Positions 18,582 through 26,433 of a DNA stretch of 40,714 nt are shown piece after piece (positions within the stretch are counted from its first letter, which is position 1; every line of letters starts with the position of its first letter). The position numbers and the translations under genes were made by a program. Below the pieces are notes generated by a model. That model was not told where the DNA came from, ran no database searches, and was given only the letters and a program-made list of their open reading frames with translations. The DNA lies in the IMG/VR virus record IMGVR_UViG_3300027749_000213, positions 1 to 40,714 of that record; one strand, given 5' to 3'. The DNA comes from a virus (Duplodnaviria > Caudoviricetes).

Positions 18582-18791
18582 ATGACTACCCAAGACCAAA
18601 TAACAGCCATCAAAACAATCCTAGATGCAGTAATTGACGCAGTGAAGGCAAGCCCGATGGGAACCCCCGAAGGCTCCCTCTATGCCGTCCTTATGACGCA
18701 AGGATGCACCGCCGACCAGTTCCACAACATAATCGGAGCTTTGACCGATGCCGGAAAAATCAGAAAAGAAAAAGGCCTTCTGTTTGCCTAA
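18582..18791 (+). CDS. Small winged-helix-like early protein
   Basis: Preceded by the motif; helix-helix-helix-wing pattern (LTDAGKIRK). Confidence 0.65.
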   Translation: MTTQDQITAIKTILDAVIDAVKASPMGTPEGSLYAVLMTQGCTADQFHNIIGALTDAGKIRKEKGLLFA

Positions 18792-18824
18792 CCCCAACCC
18801 CAACCAAGAAAGAACCAAAACCAA

Positions 18825-19259
18825 ATGAACACCACCACAGCAAATCCTTCTCTGAAGGCCTTAATTGAATCCACCAACATTCCCGCCTCCCTTGTTCGTG
18901 CCGTAGTTAGGCAGATGGGAGGATGGGAATCATTCAAAGAATCCGCCCCCGATATTTGCCGAGGCGGAATTGATGGAGGCTTTCACGGATTCATCTATTA
19001 CTCGGAAACCGAGCCCTTCGCCAAGCGGAATAGAAAAGACATCCTCAACCTAGCCACCCAGCAAGCGGAGGATTTTGGGATTGAGTTAATCAAAATGATA
19101 GAGGGCTTTGGATGCTTTAGATATAGCAAGCCGACCCGAGCCGAAATCGTGGAGGGCTTGGCCGGAATAAGCAACGAAAGCCAAGTACCCAACGCCCTTG
19201 CTTGGTATGCAGGGGAAGAAGTGGCAAGGGCTTACTGCGATGCCTTTGACCCTCAATAG
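18825..19259 (+). CDS. Conserved phage early protein
   Basis: GGFHGFIYYSET...NALAWYAGEEVA motif; preceded by the motif. Confidence 0.8.
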   Translation: MNTTTANPSLKALIESTNIPASLVRAVVRQMGGWESFKESAPDICRGGIDGGFHGFIYYSETEPFAKRNRKDILNLATQQAEDFGIELIKMIEGFGCFRYSKPTRAEIVEGLAGISNESQVPNALAWYAGEEVARAYCDAFDPQ

Positions 19260-19288
19260 TGTAACAAGCCAACACAAGGATAAACCAT

Positions 19289-19360
19289 ATGGACTTAGCC
19301 CTCATTCTCTTCCCCATGTTTGCCGTCCTAGGCCTAGCGGCTTGGACGCTGAACAAGTAA
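19289..19360 (+). CDS. 23-aa single-TM peptide (not in track)
   Basis: MDLALILFPMFAVLGLAAWTLNK with AAGGA upstream. Confidence 0.55.
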   Translation: MDLALILFPMFAVLGLAAWTLNK

Positions 19361-19421
19361 TGGCTTGCGAAGCAACCAACTGAGCAAAGCGAACCCCCAA
19401 CAAAAGAAAGAACCAAAACCC

Positions 19422-19598
19422 ATGAGCAGAAAAGCCACAACCAAAATCCTAGAAATGGTGGAGGAAGGCATCCTAGATAAAGATCAGGTGATACTAGCGT
19501 GCGTTAATTATATGAGCGAGGACGATGTCGCAGACATGGCACACAGCAACGGATTCATCGAAGAAGCAGAGGACGAGACAGAGGAGGGAGAAGAATGA
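19422..19598 (+). CDS. Small acidic early protein
   Basis: MSRKATTKILEMVEEG...YMSEDDV; start re-assigned to follow the motif. Confidence 0.75.
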   Translation: MSRKATTKILEMVEEGILDKDQVILACVNYMSEDDVADMAHSNGFIEEAEDETEEGEE

Positions 19599-19861
19599 AC
19601 CTATCACCAACCCAGCCCCCGCCATCATTCGCCCACCCTATCCCCCCAGACTTCACCCTTGAATCTGGGCAAGAGATCACCCACTACACGGAGCAAACCC
19701 CCAAAGGGATAAGGCTCCGCGCCTCTCCGCTTGATTCAATCCGACTACTAACCGCAGAGGAGAAAGCAGACTACACCGCCCAGCTAGTAAACTGGATGAA
19801 TAGCAACGGATACATCCTAGACAAAATCACAAAGACCAGTGAAGCGGAGGCCTCCCTATGA
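19595..19861 (+). CDS. Hypothetical early protein
   Basis: ATGA-coupled on both sides. Confidence 0.7.
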   Translation: MNLSPTQPPPSFAHPIPPDFTLESGQEITHYTEQTPKGIRLRASPLDSIRLLTAEEKADYTAQLVNWMNSNGYILDKITKTSEAEASL

Positions 19862-20079
19862 CCCCCGCCTTCTATCTGCAATCCGAAAGCGGAGAACTAT
19901 TCGGAGAGTTTCCCAGCCGGAAATCCGCCTTCTCTTTCCTCCAAAGGAGCGGACTGGAATGGGAACCCCTTCTTATCGTTTCGGCGGAGAGTGTAAGAAG
20001 CATCCATAAGTTGTGGATGCCCTGCCACCTCCCCTTGTCAGCCCTGCAAAGAACTTCCCTGAGCAAAGCGAACCCCTAA
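19858..20079 (+). CDS. Hypothetical early protein
   Basis: ATGA-coupled; FGEFPSRKSA hairpin-helix motif. Confidence 0.65.
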   Translation: MTPAFYLQSESGELFGEFPSRKSAFSFLQRSGLEWEPLLIVSAESVRSIHKLWMPCHLPLSALQRTSLSKANP

Positions 20080-20102
20080 CCAAAGAAAGAACCTAGAACC
20101 AA

Positions 20103-20375
20103 ATGAAGAACCAAAAACCAAAGCACTACATCGGAACCATAGACGAAAGAAATGGGGACATGGAATACAACACCGACTACCTATTCAAAACCAGAGGATG
20201 CCCCGACAAATATAACCACAAAGTAGCAAGCGGTTGGCGGTACGATGAGGACGGCGAATACGACAAAGGTGCAGGGGGCTACTGGTCAGGCAATAACCTT
20301 ATATTAGCAGGAGAGGTTGAAGAAATCCCCGCCTCTCACTTCGCCATCCTCAAGAAGTATCTCTCAGTATTATAA
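20103..20375 (+). CDS. Hypothetical early protein
   Basis: Preceded by the motif. Confidence 0.75.
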   Translation: MKNQKPKHYIGTIDERNGDMEYNTDYLFKTRGCPDKYNHKVASGWRYDEDGEYDKGAGGYWSGNNLILAGEVEEIPASHFAILKKYLSVL

Positions 20376-20392
20376 CCCAAGAAAGAACCCTA

Positions 20393-20896
20393 ATGAACCA
20401 CAAAATTAAAGAGATATTCGATAGACTAACTAATCTAGATAAGGTCAAGATTCTCGAGCTAAATCAAACCCGCGCCGAAAGCTATGGCCTATACGGAGAG
20501 CATGACTCCGACACCATAGACATACTCGAGGCGATCATTCGACCCAAGGCACTCGCTTATGCTAGGGATGTAATCAAGAAGGATGGCATCCCGAAGGACG
20601 GAGAGGGTTGGGTATTCCGCCCAAGTATCCTAACCAAAGCAGACCAGAACATTGAGGTGATGCTATGCAGAACGGAGGATGGGAGATTCAAACCATCCAC
20701 TTGCTCCCCAGCTTGGGAGGCTAAAGGCAACTCGGTAGATGATGGATGCGGAGTTAAAGACCCAGCCGAGGCCTTAGCTTGGGGACTAACGGAGGCCTTC
20801 GCCTACTACCTAGCCGGAGACATCGCCCACCTACGCAACGGGAAGCACTTCCCGCAGAATGAAATCCACGAACCAACACGGAGCAAAGTAAAATGA
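20393..20896 (+). CDS. Hypothetical early protein
   Basis: Preceded by the motif; 167 aa. Confidence 0.75.
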   Translation: MNHKIKEIFDRLTNLDKVKILELNQTRAESYGLYGEHDSDTIDILEAIIRPKALAYARDVIKKDGIPKDGEGWVFRPSILTKADQNIEVMLCRTEDGRFKPSTCSPAWEAKGNSVDDGCGVKDPAEALAWGLTEAFAYYLAGDIAHLRNGKHFPQNEIHEPTRSKVK

Positions 20897-21069
20897 GCAT
20901 CCAATCCACCCTTAATTCAATCCGCAAATCAATCGAGGAGGAGAGCGTTAGTTACGATCAGATTATTCAGCTTGAATCCATCGCTCAAACTAACCCCCGC
21001 CTACTTGCCAATGATCCCCGCCTAGCTGAATGGGCAGGGATTACAGAAGAGAAATGGAGAAACCTATGA
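20893..21069 (+). CDS. Hypothetical protein (58 aa, not in track)
   Basis: MSIQSTLNSIRKSIEEESVSY...LAEWAGITEE; ATGA-coupled at both ends. Confidence 0.75.
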   Translation: MSIQSTLNSIRKSIEEESVSYDQIIQLESIAQTNPRLLANDPRLAEWAGITEEKWRNL

Positions 21070-21230
21070 AGGAATACACAATCTACGGAGTCCGCCAGTA
21101 TAGCACCTATATATTCGCAGAGAGCGAGGAGGATGCCATGCGACAAGCCGAGGCCATACCCATCCATGAATGGGAACCCAACGAAATATCCGGTGAAGAA
21201 ATCCATCCTAAGGAGGTATGCGAACTATGA
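21066..21230 (+). CDS. Small acidic protein
   Basis: MKEYTI...AESEEDAM motif; start at the ATGA overlap. Confidence 0.7.
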   Translation: MKEYTIYGVRQYSTYIFAESEEDAMRQAEAIPIHEWEPNEISGEEIHPKEVCEL

Positions 21231-21331
21231 CCCCAGAAGCCCTTCACCTAATTGACACCATAGTAAGAGTTGCCATTCCGGTTGCCTGCTCCGTACTATT
21301 CCTAATGGTATGGAAGGGGGAAAGTAAATGA
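21227..21331 (+). CDS. 34-aa single-TM peptide (not in track)
   Basis: MTPEALHLIDTIVRVAIPVACSVLFLMVWKGESK; AAGGAGG upstream, ATGA overlap. Confidence 0.65.
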   Translation: MTPEALHLIDTIVRVAIPVACSVLFLMVWKGESK

Positions 21332-21423
21332 GTGGACACGATATAGATAAGCTAGTCGGAATCATTACCCCGATAGTCACAGTGATTATTTTAGGAATGG
21401 CTTGGTATTGTCAGAGAGATTAA
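21328..21423 (+). CDS. 31-aa single-TM peptide (not in track)
   Basis: MSGHDIDKLVGIITPIVTVIILGMAWYCQRD; ATGA overlap. Confidence 0.65.
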   Translation: MSGHDIDKLVGIITPIVTVIILGMAWYCQRD

Positions 21424-21446
21424 ACCCAAACAAAGAAAGAACCTAT

Positions 21447-21791
21447 ATGAACAAAAGCAAAACATTACAGAAGATTATTGACCACGACTCCGTCCTTCTC
21501 CGGAAACACTTCCCGAAGGATAGGATTTATACCATACACCAAAACGGATCTACCCTCGATAAGTCCGGCAAGGGAGTGATGGTTGTTATTAAAGTCCCAC
21601 TCGGATCAAAGGTTGGGCGATGGGAAGTTATATCTGATGACGAGGAGGGCTATGGTGTCGGGAAGCTCTGCTTCGATAAGAAGCTAATCACCGACTATGA
21701 CGGAGCATTCGAGCTACCCCACCTAGTAGAGAAGGTATTGAAAGAGGACGGATATGAGTTTGAGTGGGAGAAATTGGAGAAAAAGAAATGA
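21447..21791 (+). CDS. Hypothetical early protein
   Basis: Start re-assigned to follow the motif; LITDYDGAFELP motif. Confidence 0.7.
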   Translation: MNKSKTLQKIIDHDSVLLRKHFPKDRIYTIHQNGSTLDKSGKGVMVVIKVPLGSKVGRWEVISDDEEGYGVGKLCFDKKLITDYDGAFELPHLVEKVLKEDGYEFEWEKLEKKK

Positions 21792-22120
21792 GCAAGAAGT
21801 TTGTATTCTTAGAATACGGAGCCCCAGCAACAGAATCGTGGAAAGCATTTAAGTGTGGGCAGGACTTTCACTGCATCCAAGGGAAAGCCCCTAGGGGAGA
21901 TTGGCCTAAAACCAAAAAGACCCTATGCAATCGCCCAGCAGTGAACTTCCACACCGACCCATGCTTTTCTATTGAGATTAAAATTGAGAATGGCAAACCC
22001 AAGGTGGTAGGCGGAGGCATCCCCTTCGAGGAGATGGATGATCGCGGTGGGGAGGCTGGGTTGATTAAGAATCTATGCCCCAAATGCCTATCTAAGATTA
22101 AAAGATTGGAGGCGAAATGA
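21788..22120 (+). CDS. Putative zinc-binding protein
   Basis: H...TLC...CPKC; start at the ATGA overlap. Confidence 0.6.
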   Translation: MSKKFVFLEYGAPATESWKAFKCGQDFHCIQGKAPRGDWPKTKKTLCNRPAVNFHTDPCFSIEIKIENGKPKVVGGGIPFEEMDDRGGEAGLIKNLCPKCLSKIKRLEAK

Positions 22121-22329
22121 GAGAAACCAAAAGCCTATACAGAGTAACCCACCTAGGCAGAGGCCTCGTTGCCCATATGATTCCGACTAGAGGAGGGATG
22201 GCATTATGCGGAAAGCGGCCAGCACTTGCCGTAGGATGGTCAAAGCATGATGACGGAAAGATAACCTGCCCACGATGCCTAAAGAGAGCAAACACGGGAA
22301 CTTTGCCGGAATATCGGAGGACTAAATGA
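22117..22329 (+). CDS. Putative zinc-binding protein
   Basis: H...ALCG...CPRC. Confidence 0.65.
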   Translation: MRETKSLYRVTHLGRGLVAHMIPTRGGMALCGKRPALAVGWSKHDDGKITCPRCLKRANTGTLPEYRRTK

Positions 22330-22673
22330 ACAAGGTAAAGTTCCGATGGGGCGAGGAAACCTACACCCTTTGCGTAACCCGCGATGATTGTTGGCTTGAG
22401 GACGGGCCCTCCGACTTGTCAGGAAATATGCTCAAAGGAATGGACGAGCTTGCCCTTGAGAATGGAATGCTTCCGTCAGCGGCGGTATGCGTTGAATGTA
22501 GGATTGGAGATTATGTTGATATAGTCGAGGACTACCACATAGGAGGGGAAACTATTAAAGACCTTAATCTGCGAAGATGCTATAGGTGCAAACACACTCT
22601 CTTACCTTGGCAATCGGCGGAGAGAGTTGATGAGATATTAGTGAAACACCAACCAAAGAAAGAACTTATATGA
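22326..22673 (+). CDS. YgiT/MqsA-type zinc-finger protein
   Basis: CVEC-x25-CYRC with a beta-hairpin and a following helix (SAERVDEIL). Confidence 0.6.
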   Translation: MNKVKFRWGEETYTLCVTRDDCWLEDGPSDLSGNMLKGMDELALENGMLPSAAVCVECRIGDYVDIVEDYHIGGETIKDLNLRRCYRCKHTLLPWQSAERVDEILVKHQPKKELI

Positions 22674-22954
22674 TTACAATTAAAAGACCCATGCAAGCCG
22701 GAAACCTTATTAGATCGAGGAGCACAAGGACTATATCCTTCACCTTCTCTACCGATAACGGAGATGGTTATACTAAGTATAATTTTACTGCCGATGCAGT
22801 ATTAAGCATCCCCAGCCTAGAGATAGAAGATATGGAGATATGGCAAGGAGGAGAGTTGTATCAAAGTTGGTTTGATGGCTACGACCAAATCTTTAGCTAT
22901 GCCTGCAAGTTTGCGAAGGAGCTTGTTAAGGAAGATATGAGGGGAACCAAATGA
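22670..22954 (+). CDS. Hypothetical protein
   Basis: Preceded by the motif; coupled. Confidence 0.65.
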   Translation: MITIKRPMQAGNLIRSRSTRTISFTFSTDNGDGYTKYNFTADAVLSIPSLEIEDMEIWQGGELYQSWFDGYDQIFSYACKFAKELVKEDMRGTK

Positions 22955-23358
22955 ATAACACATTCCAAATCACCACCACCTACCGAATCAAACAACTCGA
23001 AGATAAGCTAGCCGACACCACAGAAACCTTATCCCTTTTAGGACATAGGGTAACTCGACTAACCCTAGCTATCGAGAAGACGGAGAAACTTATGGCCAAC
23101 GCAAAGGACATCCAGATCGCCGTTGTTCCTCCACCCGCAATCCAGATCAGTCCATCCATCCTCAACGCTAGCCACCGGAGAGACTTGCGATCAGTCACAG
23201 ATAGATGGGCAGTATGGAAGAAGATGTACAACGCAGGCATTACACCCTCTGAAATCTCCCGCAAGTTCAACTGCGACCACGGATCAGTTCTATACGCGAA
23301 GCGGAAAGGATTCATTCCGGCGTGGAGTTGTAAAGAGAGGGAAGCCCTCGTAGCTTAA
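22951..23358 (+). CDS. Coiled coil plus DnaA C-terminal-like HTH protein
   Basis: TPSEISRKFNCDHGSVLYA resembles DnaA domain IV (IG..F.RDHTTVLHA). Confidence 0.65.
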   Translation: MNNTFQITTTYRIKQLEDKLADTTETLSLLGHRVTRLTLAIEKTEKLMANAKDIQIAVVPPPAIQISPSILNASHRRDLRSVTDRWAVWKKMYNAGITPSEISRKFNCDHGSVLYAKRKGFIPAWSCKEREALVA

Positions 23359-23362
23359 TACT

Positions 23363-23794
23363 ATGAAGAAGATCATCCTATATGGCTTGCTGATAGGCGG
23401 CTTAATTCTCGCAGTATCTAGGCCTAATCAATCCAGCAAGGATCAGACGCAGGCTTGGGCTGACTATAACAAGTCAGTTATTGAGAAGGAGAGAATTGAT
23501 AAGGCGGAGAGAGCTAAGGTGGATGCTATAATCAAAGATAGAACGGATAGTTATTATGCGGAGTTGAAGGCGAAGTACCCGCCCTACAAGCCAGTATGGG
23601 GACCAATGCCAGCATCATTCAAAAGCGAATACTTCCAACCTATGCCGGAGGCTTATTGCAACCATCAAAGCTACGAGGCTCCTCGAACCAACTACCTAGA
23701 GCATAGAAATAATTCCGGTCTCTACTATCAGAGAACTCTCGTTGGAGAAAATGCCGGAGAATGGTCAGTACAGTTTATCAACGGACCGAACTAG
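23363..23794 (+). CDS. Membrane-anchored/exported protein
   Basis: MKKIILYGLLIGGLILAV signal/TM segment. Confidence 0.7.
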   Translation: MKKIILYGLLIGGLILAVSRPNQSSKDQTQAWADYNKSVIEKERIDKAERAKVDAIIKDRTDSYYAELKAKYPPYKPVWGPMPASFKSEYFQPMPEAYCNHQSYEAPRTNYLEHRNNSGLYYQRTLVGENAGEWSVQFINGPN

Positions 23795-23925
23795 CTAAGT
23801 AGTTTCGCTATACTTTCCATAATCGTGATAACCAAATAGACCACCACCACCGCAAGCCAGAACGCAATCCACACCGCACCAACAGCCAACACAAACCCCA
23901 CGACACATTTAAGTAGGAGAAGCAT
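23791..23925 (-). CDS. Small hydrophobic membrane protein
   Basis: MLLLLKCVVGFVLAVGAVWIAFWLAV...; start probably 23925. Confidence 0.55.
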   Translation of the reverse strand: MLLLLKCVVGFVLAVGAVWIAFWLAVVVVYLVITIMESIAKLLS

Positions 23926-24139
23926 TCTTCCTCCTATACGTCTTGGACTTTCGTATAGTTCTATCCTCACGCCTCTCATTGATATACGCCTCCCATTCAG
24001 CCCTAGCCTCCTCCGCCTCTTCCTTTGTCTTGTATGGTCCAAACCCTATCGCCGGAGGCCTGCCGCCCATGATGAACCTAGGCCCAACCGGATAACCCGC
24101 ATCCGTAACTAGATCCAAACCTGAGACGGAGAGCTTCAC
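23909..24139 (-). CDS. Hypothetical protein
   Basis: In operon; FGPYKTKEEAEEAR motif. Confidence 0.65.
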   Translation of the reverse strand: MKLSVSGLDLVTDAGYPVGPRFIMGGRPPAIGFGPYKTKEEAEEARAEWEAYINERREDRTIRKSKTYRRKNASPT

Positions 24140-24565
24140 TTAGAAGGGGCGGAACTCCGCTATTGGAATCTGAGTCAGTTCCTCTTGGTCGTATGAGTCC
24201 CTTACGTTGCAGGCCTTCCGGCCTCCCCATCCACTCCCGAACTTCTGCCCATGCCAAAGAAGGAAACCATCTGCGTCACTCCATCGAACTACTAAGAAAA
24301 GAGGAGCATGAAATCTATGGGAGAGTTGCGTTAGATTCTTCCACTTGGTTGCCGATATAAAGAACGTGTCATGTTTTTCCTTAGTACAACTCCTCACCCG
24401 CATCTCAGCCAACCCCCACTGATTAAGCGGAGTGCGAACATAGTAATCAAAGAGGCAGGCCTTAGGAGATATGTCTAACTGATAACCCATCTTCCCGCCC
24501 CAATGGTCTGCTAGCTTGGCGTTAGCCTCACGTTGTTCTGCTGTTTCGTAAAGCGGTCTTGACAT
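24140..24565 (-). CDS. PD-(D/E)XK-like nuclease-fold protein
   Basis: FDY...AEMRVR...FISATKW...LVVRWSD pattern. Confidence 0.6.
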   Translation of the reverse strand: MSRPLYETAEQREANAKLADHWGGKMGYQLDISPKACLFDYYVRTPLNQWGLAEMRVRSCTKEKHDTFFISATKWKNLTQLSHRFHAPLFLVVRWSDADGFLLWHGQKFGSGWGGRKACNVRDSYDQEELTQIPIAEFRPF

Positions 24566-24746
24566 AAGTTCCTGTTAAAATATCCAGATTAAATCCACGA
24601 TCTGTTAGTACATCATATAGAAGGCAGTTCAGCTTTATGTCTGTAATACCGCGCCGGATAGGTACAAGACTAACTTCACCCCTCTCAGCTAACTCCATAG
24701 CCTTCTCAACATTCAAAGGACCTAGTTCTGTATCCATTATCTCCAC
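24528..24746 (-). CDS. Hypothetical protein
   Basis: In operon. Confidence 0.5.
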   Translation of the reverse strand: MEIMDTELGPLNVEKAMELAERGEVSLVPIRRGITDIKLNCLLYDVLTDRGFNLDILTGTYVKTALRNSRTT

Positions 24747-24761
24747 TAATCCCGATAGGTA

Positions 24762-25025
24762 TTACCTCTCAAGGAATATGGGAGTCTTATCTCCTACGAA
24801 TGCACCCTCAACATTATATACAAAGTATTCGTCTGCATCTTCCCTGTTCCACTTGTTCTGCTTCATGAGTATCTTAATGCACCTAGCTCTGTCATAAACC
24901 GCTGAAGGAGCTTTATCGAAAGACCAGCCCACACCGACAAGGGCATCGTCAAACCCGTCCGCCAACATCATTTCATGGTCGCACCAATAGTCATTTATGA
25001 TCTGCTTTATCTTGTTTATTTTCAT
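24762..25025 (-). CDS. Conserved small phage protein
   Basis: ADGFDDA..G...EYF.YN.EGAFVGDKTP motif. Confidence 0.75.
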   Translation of the reverse strand: MKINKIKQIINDYWCDHEMMLADGFDDALVGVGWSFDKAPSAVYDRARCIKILMKQNKWNREDADEYFVYNVEGAFVGDKTPIFLER

Positions 25026-26341
25026 ATAGATTTAGGAACGAACTCCTTAAAGGTTTGCTTATCTCCATCGAATATCATGTCCACGCTACCTAGGAACCCG
25101 TTGCGGTTCTTAGCTACCTTGAGCTTCCGGATGTTCTCGTCTTTCTTTGTTACTAGGAGCGCAACATCCATGTCCTGCTCGAGATCGCCGGACTCGCGAA
25201 GATGATGTAGCCCAGCCTCACCATCCCCAACCGCATCCCTACTCAACTGACACACCGCCATAACCGGAATGCCTAGCTCTTTAGCCAATGCTTTCAGTCC
25301 ATGAGATACAATAGCCACCTCCCGATACCGCTCCCTCTCTCTCGTATCGGGACTAACCTTTCCAAGTAAGTCCACGATCAGCATCTCCATCCCCATTCTC
25401 TTCCGCCATCTCCGCGCCCTAGCCCTTAACTCGGAGAGGCGAATCCTAGCCGGATCTTCTATATAGAAAGGCAGTCCCTCTAATTTGTCCCTAGCTGATT
25501 GAAGCTGAATCTTATCGAAGTCAGTCATGTTCGAGGCATCCCGCATCTTCCACATGGAAGGCCCCCCAAGATGAGCCAAAGCCCTATGGCCTAGCTCCCT
25601 CGCGCTCATCTCTAACTCAACCATTACAATCTTATGGCCTTGAGTCCCCCAATCCTTCTTCTCTGCATCCCACTTGTTGCCTGAGGCGAAGAGAGCCAGT
25701 TGGAGAGCGAGAGCGGTCTTTCCTTCACCAGTTCGAGCCGCAAGCCCGATGAGTTGTCCGGCCTGCCAACCCCCGCAGATTTGATCGAGCCTTGGGATTC
25801 CGGAGGGGATTCCGGCATAGAGGCAACCTCGATTGATAGCCGCTCGAACACCCTCTAAGGCCTTATCTGCACACTCCGCAATCGTCATTGTCTGCGAAGG
25901 GGCATCCGTTTCAACGTCCCGCATCGCAGTCTCTAGCGATGTCGCAATCTCTATCGAGGGCTCCGCTCTCTCGAGCTTCATCCTAGCTTCCTCAATCGCC
26001 CTATTGATTGAGCGCAGGCGGGATAGTTCCTTGAGCTTACCTATATGCGAATCGGCCTGACTTCCCGTTGTCGGCATAGCACCGGAAATATCAATAATGA
26101 GATTCCTAGTTGTCTCGTTTGTGGATAGGGCAAGCAGAGAGGCACAGTCAACAGTCCTGCCGGAGTTGATCTCTTCAGCCATATAGGTGAAGAGGTTTTG
26201 TGCTTCTGTAAGGAAGAAGTCCTTTGCCTGAACCTCATCGAGAATCCGCTCCTTCTCCCCGAAGTCGTGAGCTAAGGCAGATAGGATCGCCCTCTCAACA
26301 GGCCCCCAAGTTGCTGATGAAAATACAGTTAATGCGCTCAT
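25022..26341 (-). CDS. dnaB: Replicative DNA helicase, DnaB family
   Basis: N-terminal DnaB domain, AARTGEGKT, ELEMS, CQLSR, LRESGDLEQD, VAKNRNG. Confidence 0.95.
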   Translation of the reverse strand: MSALTVFSSATWGPVERAILSALAHDFGEKERILDEVQAKDFFLTEAQNLFTYMAEEINSGRTVDCASLLALSTNETTRNLIIDISGAMPTTGSQADSHIGKLKELSRLRSINRAIEEARMKLERAEPSIEIATSLETAMRDVETDAPSQTMTIAECADKALEGVRAAINRGCLYAGIPSGIPRLDQICGGWQAGQLIGLAARTGEGKTALALQLALFASGNKWDAEKKDWGTQGHKIVMVELEMSARELGHRALAHLGGPSMWKMRDASNMTDFDKIQLQSARDKLEGLPFYIEDPARIRLSELRARARRWRKRMGMEMLIVDLLGKVSPDTRERERYREVAIVSHGLKALAKELGIPVMAVCQLSRDAVGDGEAGLHHLRESGDLEQDMDVALLVTKKDENIRKLKVAKNRNGFLGSVDMIFDGDKQTFKEFVPKSI

Positions 26342-26433
26342 TTATCATCTCCCCATATCGTCTCAACAACGACTATTAGGATCATGATGAACGCAACGAT
26401 CTGAATGACCTCACCCCCGTTTATAGCGAACAT
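26338..26433 (-). CDS. 31-aa single-TM peptide (not in track)
   Basis: MFAINGGEVIQIVAFIMILIVVVETIWGDDK; stop overlaps the dnaB ATG. Confidence 0.5.
   Translation of the reverse strand: MFAINGGEVIQIVAFIMILIVVVETIWGDDK

Larger units (their letters stand above)
17876..22665 (+). promoter_or_regulatory. Nine copies of start-associated motif AAGAAAGAAC
   Basis: At 17876, 18317, 18564, 18806, 19404, 20083, 20379, 21433, 22656; each ends 4-10 nt before an ATG. Confidence 0.9.

Noticed and set aside
17861-22670. Repeats in the early region as a CRISPR array or integron attC cassettes
   Set aside because: Repeats are about 10 nt, non-palindromic, irregularly spaced and separated by whole genes; no cas genes or attC-type inverted cores
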